Shown one piece after another: positions 52,090 through 59,151 of a stretch of DNA of 59,151 nt. Numbering within the stretch: position 1 is the first letter of the stretch; the number at the start of each line of letters is the position of its first letter. Both the position numbers and the translations under genes were made by a program. The notes below the pieces were generated by a model, which saw only the letters and a list, made by a program, of their open reading frames with translations, ran no database searches and was not told where the DNA came from. Source of the DNA: Permianibacter sp. (GTDB lineage: Bacteria > Pseudomonadota > Gammaproteobacteria > Enterobacterales > Permianibacteraceae); assembly GCA_036275115.1 (NCBI GenBank), contig DASUEK010000060.1, positions 1-59,151 on the forward strand. Direction: 5' to 3'.

Positions 52090-54690
52090 ATGATGTTGAG
52101 CCAACTGACCATCAACAAAACGCCACCAGCGGCCGTCGGCTTGCACCAGCCGGGTTTGTATGCGCTGGGTCTCAAATATGTCCAAGCGTTGTCGCGCCGG
52201 GTCTGGACCGACTACAACCTGCATGATCCGGGTATCACCATCCTGGAGTTGCTGAGTTACGCGCTGACCGATTTGGCGTATCGCACCCAGTTTCCGATGG
52301 CCGATTTGCTGGCAAGCTCGACCGACAACGCCGCCAACATGGCGAGCCAGTTCTTTACGGCCCGCCAGATTCTGCCGAACCGCCCGGTGACGGCCGCCGA
52401 TTATCGCAAGCTTTTGATTGATTTGCCGGGCGTCAAAAATGCCTGGTTGCGGCCGCATGCACTGACGTATTTCGCCAACACCATTGACGGTCGCCTGCAA
52501 CACGAAGACAACGGCGAGATTGGCATTCGGCCGGTTCCCATTCACGGGCTGTATGACGTGCTGATTGATGCGATGGATGACCAGAACACCGTGGCCGAGC
52601 GTGCGGCTTTGTTGGAGCAGGTCAGTGCCACTTTGCATGCCAACCGCGGCCTGGCGGAGGACTTCGTCGAGATTGGCTTTGTCGACAGCGAATCGTTCCG
52701 GCTATGCGCGGAATTGGATTTGAAGCCGGACGCTGACGTTGTCGCGGTACATGCGGCCGTGCTGTTCGCTGTGCAGAACTATCTGGCGCCGCCAGTGTAC
52801 AACTACAGTCTGGCCGAGATGTTGGCGCGCACCAAAGCAGATGGCAGCCACTACACGGCCGAGGAGATTTTCTGCGGACCACGCTTGCATTGCGGGTTTA
52901 TTCCTGACGACGAGCTCGCCAAAGCCGAGCTGCGAACCGAGATCCGGTTGTCCGATGTCATTGGCCTCATCATGGACATTGACGGTGTTATCGCGGTCCG
53001 CGACATCGTGATCAATGCGGCAGGGGCGACAGCGGTCGAAAACAAGTGGTTGCTGCCGGTCACGCCCGGCAAAAAGGCACTCCTGGATACGGCTGGCTCT
53101 CGGTTGGTCTGCTACAAGCGGCATATGCCGATGACTGCCGCATCGGCTCAGGTTGCAGCCCGTCTGCAGCAACTGCAGGACGCCGAACGGACGCGGCTGG
53201 AAACGGTGACCGACGAAGATTTGCCGATCCCGCTCGGCCGCTTTCGCCAGCCGGCTGAGTACCGCAGCTTCCAGCAGGAGTTTCCGGCGATTTATGGGCT
53301 CGGCGAAGAGGGGCTCGGCAGCGAGGCCAGCCCGGCGCGCTTGGCGCAAGTTCAGCAGCTGCGCGCTTACTTGCTGTTCTTCGACCAGGTCATGGCCGAT
53401 TACCTGATGCAACTGGCCAAGCTGCGCGAGCTGTTTTCCATGGATGCAACAGTGCTGCGCAGCTACTTCTATCAATCGGTTCAGCCAGCCGCCGCGTTCA
53501 GTGCGTTATATGGTGGCGCCGATCCCGTCGCGCTAATCGAGCAACACGCCGATGATCCGGCCGAGCAAATCCGCCGGCGCCATCGCTTTCTCGATCACCT
53601 GATCAGCCGGTTCGCCGAGCAGTTTCATGACTATGCGGCCGTGATGTATGGCCAGTTTTCGCTGGCGCCGGAGCTGCTGGTACCGGACAAGTGCGCGTTC
53701 CTGCAGGCGTATCCCGAGATCAGTGCCGACCGGGCGCAGGCCTACAACTACTCGCTGGGTAGTGATGAAGCCATCTGGAACACCGACAATGTTTCCGGTC
53801 TGGAGAAGCGCCTGGCCCGGTTGCTCGGTATCCGCAATCACCAGCGACGTAACCTGAGCGAAGTGCCGTACGACATTTATGCCGAGCTGGACGAGACGCC
53901 GGACAACGAATTCCGGTTCCGGGTACGGCATCGGGTCAGCCACAAGATTGTGCTGAGTAGCAGCACCAAGTACGCCACGCAGGCCGATGCGCGCGCCGAA
54001 ATGCAGCGCGCCATCGAATTTGCTCAATCACCGCTTGGTTATGAACGCAAGCAATCGGTGGACGGCAAGCATTACTTCAATATTGTCGACGAAACCGGCG
54101 AGGTGATTGCGCGCCGCATCGAGTACTTCGAAACCGAACGGCTGATGAATACGGCCATTGATGAGCTGATGTTGTACCTGCAACAGCATTACAGCGAAGA
54201 AGGCATGTATCTCATCGAAAACATCCTGTTGCGGCCGAAACCGCCGGGAAGTCCACCGGAAGACCCGTTTCTGCCCGTCTGTGTCGATCCCAATTGCGGC
54301 GACTGTGCCGACGACGACCCGTACTCGTGGCGGCTGCATATCATTTTGCCGGCCTACGCCGGGCGCTTCGCCGACATGGATTTTCGCCGCTATGCCGAGC
54401 AGCTGATACGGCAGGAAGTGCCAGCGCATTTGTTGGCCAAGATCTGTTGGGTCAGTCGCGAGGACATGGCGGTGTTCGAAAGCCTGTATCGCCGCTGGCT
54501 GGAATGGCAGGCCGGCGTCGGTACCGGCGACCGTCAAGCGGAGTTGATGGCCTTTATCAGCCAGTTGTATCAGCTGAAGAACGTCTACCCGAGCGAGCGG
54601 CTGCATCAGTGCGGCGATGAGGAAACCCGGCCGAACAAGTTCATCCTCGGCCGCACGGCGCTGGGCACCATGCCGGAACTGGATGATTGA
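52090..54690 (+). CDS. eCIS baseplate protein (Afp12-like)
   Basis: WTDYNLHDPGITILELLSYALTDLAYR, DYRKLLID, LIENILLRP, DPYS and EVPAH; start may be 52084-52093. Confidence 0.9.
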   Translation: MMLSQLTINKTPPAAVGLHQPGLYALGLKYVQALSRRVWTDYNLHDPGITILELLSYALTDLAYRTQFPMADLLASSTDNAANMASQFFTARQILPNRPVTAADYRKLLIDLPGVKNAWLRPHALTYFANTIDGRLQHEDNGEIGIRPVPIHGLYDVLIDAMDDQNTVAERAALLEQVSATLHANRGLAEDFVEIGFVDSESFRLCAELDLKPDADVVAVHAAVLFAVQNYLAPPVYNYSLAEMLARTKADGSHYTAEEIFCGPRLHCGFIPDDELAKAELRTEIRLSDVIGLIMDIDGVIAVRDIVINAAGATAVENKWLLPVTPGKKALLDTAGSRLVCYKRHMPMTAASAQVAARLQQLQDAERTRLETVTDEDLPIPLGRFRQPAEYRSFQQEFPAIYGLGEEGLGSEASPARLAQVQQLRAYLLFFDQVMADYLMQLAKLRELFSMDATVLRSYFYQSVQPAAAFSALYGGADPVALIEQHADDPAEQIRRRHRFLDHLISRFAEQFHDYAAVMYGQFSLAPELLVPDKCAFLQAYPEISADRAQAYNYSLGSDEAIWNTDNVSGLEKRLARLLGIRNHQRRNLSEVPYDIYAELDETPDNEFRFRVRHRVSHKIVLSSSTKYATQADARAEMQRAIEFAQSPLGYERKQSVDGKHYFNIVDETGEVIARRIEYFETERLMNTAIDELMLYLQQHYSEEGMYLIENILLRPKPPGSPPEDPFLPVCVDPNCGDCADDDPYSWRLHIILPAYAGRFADMDFRRYAEQLIRQEVPAHLLAKICWVSREDMAVFESLYRRWLEWQAGVGTGDRQAELMAFISQLYQLKNVYPSERLHQCGDEETRPNKFILGRTALGTMPELDD

Positions 54691-54753
54691 AAGCGCGCCG
54701 GCGACCGCGCGTGGGCGCGGTCCGGCCAAGCACAAGGCAGAGGAGACGCCGTC

Positions 54754-57483
54754 ATGTTACAGCTCGTACGCAGTCTGGAAGCGATTGCAACCGGCTACAG
54801 CGTGTTCGAGAAGGATCAGGTGCTGACGCACGATCAGCTGAACAGTGTCAGCCAGTTTCTGGAGGACCAGGATCGGCTGAGTCGAGTGTTTCTGCTCGGT
54901 GTCGGTATCGTCTGTGGCCTGCGGGTGCAGCTGCAGGGCAATGTCATCGCCGTCAGCAAGGGCGTTGGCGTCAGCACTGACGGTGACATCCTGTTCTTGG
55001 GCGAAGACAGTCGCTTTGATCAGTTCAAGCCTTATGACGAAAGCGCACCGGTTTATCCGCCATTTTATGACAGTGAGACGATGCTGCCGGTCTATGAACT
55101 GCTTCGGGTCGGCAGTAGTGACCCACAAGCGACGCCGCTTAGCCAGTTCAACGGTGAAACGGGTCAGACACTGACCAATATGGTGGCCGTTTTCCTGATG
55201 GAAAGCTATGTCAAGGATGAGGACATTTGCACCGGCACCGATTGCGACAACTTGGGCAAAGACTCCATCCACAGCGGAAAATTGCTGCTGATTCGGCGCA
55301 GCGATGTCAGCCGTTTGCAGGAAAGCCTGAGTACCCTGGACAGCACGGCGCGAGCACTGACCGAGGTCATGATTGACCGGCCGCTGATTGGCGGTGGCAT
55401 CTCCACCACGGCGCAACTGGCGGCAGCATATCGCAGTGCCTGCAACACGCTGCACGGCCGATTGCAGGAGGCATTTGCCGGCTTCTATGCGGCGGCCCGG
55501 CATTTTGTCCAGGCACGTTATCCCGCAGATCCGACGCCAGCCTGGCAGAGTCGATTGAATGCGCTGAACGCCGAATTCGCCAGCCGCACGCTTGGCATCC
55601 AGTACTACTATGATTTTCTGAAAGATGTAGCCGAAACCTGGAACGAACTGCTGGAGGTGATGTTTGGCGACAGCAGTTTGTGCTGCCCGGATATTCTGGC
55701 GTTTGCCAAGCATCTGTTGCTGGGCGATGTCCAGACCGGTGAGCCGGGTGGCGACCGCCGCACCGGATATTATCCGTCGCCGGCGGTCGGGCAGGGCCGG
55801 GCCCACTGGCAGCATGCCTTGTTTCTGGTGGCCAAGCTCGACACCCTGATTAATCACTTCAGTATTCCGGGCAACAGCGAACTGCGGGTCACCCCGAGCC
55901 GGTACGATGACGTCCCGCTGGAGCAGCGAGCAGTGCCGTATTACTACCGCAGTGAACGGGCGCGTGAACTGTTCATGCAATGGAATCACCGACTGAGCAG
56001 CAGTGAGCGCTGGACCACCAACTATGGTTATCACGCCGTCGCCGCTGGCGCGCGCGGTGCGGCGGCCAATCCGCTGGCAGCACATCTCGGGCCCTACAGT
56101 CTGTTTCGCATAGAGGGCCATCTGGGCCGGCCGGTGCGGGACGTGCAGCCGCAACTGGAGAACCTGATCCGCAGTCGCAATCTGCCGATCAGTGTGCAGG
56201 CCGTCATGCTGAGCAGTCAGCGTCGCGATTTGCTGATCAAACCCAAATTCCGCTACACCGATCTGCACCGTTTCAGCTATCTGCTGCGGCAGGACCTGGC
56301 GCTGCAGCTCGATGATGCGCTCAGCTTTGGCGACAAGTTCAAGTCGGAAGTGGATTCCGCCGTCGATCAGCGCTTTGTGGTCGATGACCCGAATGGCGAT
56401 GAAGGCCGCACACTGAAAGCCACCGCCGCCACGAAACAGGGAATGCTCAAGGAACGTGCCACTGGCTTGAAAGCCAAGCTGCAACAGCCCTACACGAACT
56501 ATCAGCAGGACAGTTCGTGGAAGAGTGATATGCGCGACACCCTGACGGTAGCCGGTGAGTTCAAATACGACCTCGGCAGAGTTGTGAAAACCGAATTCAC
56601 CACGCCGTTTGACGGCTTGATCAGCGGAAGCAGTCACATGTTGTGGGTCGACTGGCTGGATCAGCTCATCATCAAAAAGGACGAGAAAGCCCAAGACCGC
56701 GTTTTGTTCTCGCAATTCAGCCGCCTGCATCCGGGGCTTGAGCATGCCGCCGGGGTGTTGCGCGGCGGGACATTCATTTTGGTCTACGACAGCAGCGGCA
56801 ATGTGGTGGCCGATTTTATGCTGCCTTATCGGCTGGATGACGAAGACGACGATGAAGTGGAGGAACCGGTTTTGCCACGCCCGCCGATTCGGCCGGATTG
56901 GGTGATCACCGGAGGCATCAAGCTGCTGCCACCCAATACCAAGGTGATCAAGGACTGGTTCAAGGTTGATATCGAGCCGAGCTGGAATGAGAAACTGACC
57001 CGGCACACTGGCTATTTCGATGTCTTCAAGGACACCATCAACACCATGGGCGATGTCTTTGGCAATCTCGACCGTAACAAGGTTGCTGGCATTGGCGAGA
57101 TCAAAGTCAAAGACGCCTATCTCAATTACAAGCTGCAGGAGTCTGAGCTGCAGCGCAAGCAAATCGATCTGCTGCGTGAGCAGCTGCTGGATACATCGCT
57201 ACCGGAGCGTGAGCGAACCAAGGTGGAAGAAGAGCTCGTCAAAGTGGAACTCGACTTTGCCAATAAGCTGGAAGATACCACGCGTTATGTGGCCGAAGGC
57301 AATCTCGATATCAGCAAGGGCGGTGACGGCTATCAAGCGCTGTTGAGCGTGCAGACCAGCGCCAACAATCTCAAGTCACCCGGGGCCATTGACAAGTTCA
57401 ACACCGGTATCGGTCAGCTGCAGCAGGATGTTGGTAGCCGTAATCCTGCACTCGGCGGCATGCTCGGCACGTTCCGGCGCTGA
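54754..57483 (+). CDS. eCIS fibre/crown-type protein (Afp13/Alg19 position)
   Basis: FEKDQVLTHDQLN...LGVGIVCGL, FRIEGHLG and HPGLEHAAGVLRGGTFILVY...VVADFMLPY; RBS AGGAG. Confidence 0.65.
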   Translation: MLQLVRSLEAIATGYSVFEKDQVLTHDQLNSVSQFLEDQDRLSRVFLLGVGIVCGLRVQLQGNVIAVSKGVGVSTDGDILFLGEDSRFDQFKPYDESAPVYPPFYDSETMLPVYELLRVGSSDPQATPLSQFNGETGQTLTNMVAVFLMESYVKDEDICTGTDCDNLGKDSIHSGKLLLIRRSDVSRLQESLSTLDSTARALTEVMIDRPLIGGGISTTAQLAAAYRSACNTLHGRLQEAFAGFYAAARHFVQARYPADPTPAWQSRLNALNAEFASRTLGIQYYYDFLKDVAETWNELLEVMFGDSSLCCPDILAFAKHLLLGDVQTGEPGGDRRTGYYPSPAVGQGRAHWQHALFLVAKLDTLINHFSIPGNSELRVTPSRYDDVPLEQRAVPYYYRSERARELFMQWNHRLSSSERWTTNYGYHAVAAGARGAAANPLAAHLGPYSLFRIEGHLGRPVRDVQPQLENLIRSRNLPISVQAVMLSSQRRDLLIKPKFRYTDLHRFSYLLRQDLALQLDDALSFGDKFKSEVDSAVDQRFVVDDPNGDEGRTLKATAATKQGMLKERATGLKAKLQQPYTNYQQDSSWKSDMRDTLTVAGEFKYDLGRVVKTEFTTPFDGLISGSSHMLWVDWLDQLIIKKDEKAQDRVLFSQFSRLHPGLEHAAGVLRGGTFILVYDSSGNVVADFMLPYRLDDEDDDEVEEPVLPRPPIRPDWVITGGIKLLPPNTKVIKDWFKVDIEPSWNEKLTRHTGYFDVFKDTINTMGDVFGNLDRNKVAGIGEIKVKDAYLNYKLQESELQRKQIDLLREQLLDTSLPERERTKVEEELVKVELDFANKLEDTTRYVAEGNLDISKGGDGYQALLSVQTSANNLKSPGAIDKFNTGIGQLQQDVGSRNPALGGMLGTFRR

Positions 57484-58994
57484 TGACCGTGATCAGCCTG
57501 CATCGCATTCGCTGCCAGCGCTGGCAGGTACGTGCCGGCGACCAAGCCGAGGCCATGCGCTGGCGCCAAGCGCTGCGCGACGACGGCCAACAGGAGCTGC
57601 TGGCGGCGATCGCGACGGTATTCGATGCGTTCGACGCGCCACAGCGGGCGTGGCATGTGCCGCGGCTGCAATTGCATTTGAAAGTCAGTTCGCTGGCCCA
57701 ACTGCGTGAGCAGTTACCGCGGGTGCTGGCCGACGCACTACGCGATGAGCGCTGGCAGCAAGAAGCGGCCGGGTCGCAGCGGGACGCGATCGATGTCAGC
57801 AGCAGCGTGACGCGCCTTGCCGCGGTGCGGCATTACCTGTCGACTGGCCAGCTGTGTTGGCAAGATGCCCATGGCGACCGCCAGCGGCGGCAACAAACAC
57901 TGACGGCGACACCGGATCGCTGGCGGCAACTGCTGTGTGAACAGCTGCCGTTGATCGCGGACGAGTCGGCGCAGCTGTTGATGATCTGGCGCTGGTTGCA
58001 AGCCTCGGCCACGGCGTTGCGCCAGAAGGAGGTAATGGCGCTTTTTGCCGAGCTTGCGCCAGAGCTCGCGCATCCGGTTCAGCGTTTCCGCCTGATCGCG
58101 CGCGTGGCCGAACTGTCAGGCGCAACCGCATTTCAGCAGCTGCAATGGCTGAGTCTGTTGGTGCTGCGCGTCTGGCAACACCGGCAACGACAATTGCCAC
58201 TGCCGCAGTTGTTGTTGGGAGAACGCGAGACTGTCGACAACGAGCCAACGGCGGCTGCGATGCCTCATGCCCGTTCAGGGCTGCTGCGGCAGTGGTTGCA
58301 ACAGCCGCCAGTGCAACAACTGGCCTTGCCAGACCAGGCTCCAGCACGCGATGGGGTGGCGGCGTTGGCGATTGGGAACGCTGGCAATGCCGCTCCCTCC
58401 GCGGATATCGCCACACCGATCCAACAGCTGCTTGCTGTGGCAGCGGCGTCGATGCCGGTGCTGCCGCTGACGACGCGTGCGACCGAAGCGCAGTCAGTCG
58501 CTGTGCTGCATGCCGGACTGATTTTGTTGCATCCCTTCCTGCCACAGTTGTTCCGCCACTGTCAGCTCTGGCAGACCGGCGACAAGCAGCTGTCCCCGTG
58601 GCTGCTGCCACGCGCCGCAGCGTTGCTGCATTTTCTGGCGACGGGTGTCGAAACGATTGCTGAACATGAGTGTGGCGCCATCAAACTGCTGCTGGGTTTG
58701 GCCGTTGATGCGCCATTACCGGTTGCCGAGGGACTGCTGACGGACGCCGATCGGGAAGAGGCTGATGCATTGCTTGCGGCAGTGGTCGGACACTGGACCG
58801 CACTGAAGCAAACCTCGGTGAACGGGCTGCGCTTGTCGTTTCTGCAACGACCGGGCTTGTTGCGTGCCGAGGCGGATGGCTGGCGTCTGCATGTTGAACG
58901 CGAGGCATTCGATGTGTTGCTCGATTTTCTGCCTTGGGGTATTGGAGTGATCAAGTTGCCATGGATGACCGACGCTATCCACACGGCGTGGTGA
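57483..58994 (+). CDS. eCIS tape measure protein (Afp14-like)
   Basis: HYLSTGQLCW; C-terminal HAGLILLHPFL...HWTALKQTSVNGLRLSFLQRPG...DVLLDFLPW...KLPWM. Confidence 0.88.
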   Translation: MTVISLHRIRCQRWQVRAGDQAEAMRWRQALRDDGQQELLAAIATVFDAFDAPQRAWHVPRLQLHLKVSSLAQLREQLPRVLADALRDERWQQEAAGSQRDAIDVSSSVTRLAAVRHYLSTGQLCWQDAHGDRQRRQQTLTATPDRWRQLLCEQLPLIADESAQLLMIWRWLQASATALRQKEVMALFAELAPELAHPVQRFRLIARVAELSGATAFQQLQWLSLLVLRVWQHRQRQLPLPQLLLGERETVDNEPTAAAMPHARSGLLRQWLQQPPVQQLALPDQAPARDGVAALAIGNAGNAAPSADIATPIQQLLAVAAASMPVLPLTTRATEAQSVAVLHAGLILLHPFLPQLFRHCQLWQTGDKQLSPWLLPRAAALLHFLATGVETIAEHECGAIKLLLGLAVDAPLPVAEGLLTDADREEADALLAAVVGHWTALKQTSVNGLRLSFLQRPGLLRAEADGWRLHVEREAFDVLLDFLPWGIGVIKLPWMTDAIHTAW

Positions 58995-59151
58995 GTTCAC
59001 TCGCCACTGACAACGCCCGCGATCTGGAGCGCGAGCTGGCGTGGTTCGCGCAAATTATGCAGGCGCGGCTGAGCCATTACTTTGCCGCCGAGCAGCTCGA
59101 CGACCCGCTGCTGTGCGTCGACCCTCCCGATCTGGCCGGCAGCCAATCACG
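58991..59151 (+). CDS. eCIS AAA+ ATPase (Afp15-like), 5' fragment cut by the window end
   Basis: GTGA overlap; open frame MSSLATDNARDLERELAWFAQIMQARLSHYF...PPDL; position after the tape measure gene; Walker motifs not in the window. Confidence 0.7.
   Translation, partial: MSSLATDNARDLERELAWFAQIMQARLSHYFAAEQLDDPLLCVDPPDLAGSQS

Noticed and set aside
58110-58127. SGAT flavinylation-like motif in the tape measure protein
   Set aside because: Cytoplasmic structural protein with no export signal; motif too short to be meaningful
41325-59151. Prophage or type VI secretion system
   Set aside because: No capsid, portal, terminase, integrase, TssJLM or ClpV in the window; DUF4255 and the CIS tape measure indicate eCIS

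Overview
GC-rich gammaproteobacterial chromosome segment, judged from the bcp-gcvR-dapA-bamC-purC and yihY-arsC-wrbA synteny. 1-30.6 kb is mostly housekeeping (aroA, aroC, an MCP, wrbA, arsC, yihY, a FimW-like PilZ protein, bepA, tusA, PhoH2, bcp, gcvR, dapA, bamC, purC). It also holds a 10-gene TPR/ExbBD/TonB-like operon resembling the Agl-Glt core, ending in apbE. A tRNA-Ser(CGA) with a structured tRNA-linked repeat follows. The accessory part contains (i) DUF350-DUF1190-glutathionylspermidine synthase; (ii) a hemerythrin-like gene divergent from a three-gene redox operon: a flavoprotein-[2Fe-2S]-di-heme-b membrane fusion, a cytochrome c with 11 heme motifs and a DUF3365 monoheme lipoprotein, which is the best candidate for an uncharacterised system; (iii) katG; (iv) from 41.3 kb, an extracellular contractile injection system (eCIS) structural operon that runs off the window inside the ATPase gene. 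All family calls come from motif recognition and gene order; no database search was run.
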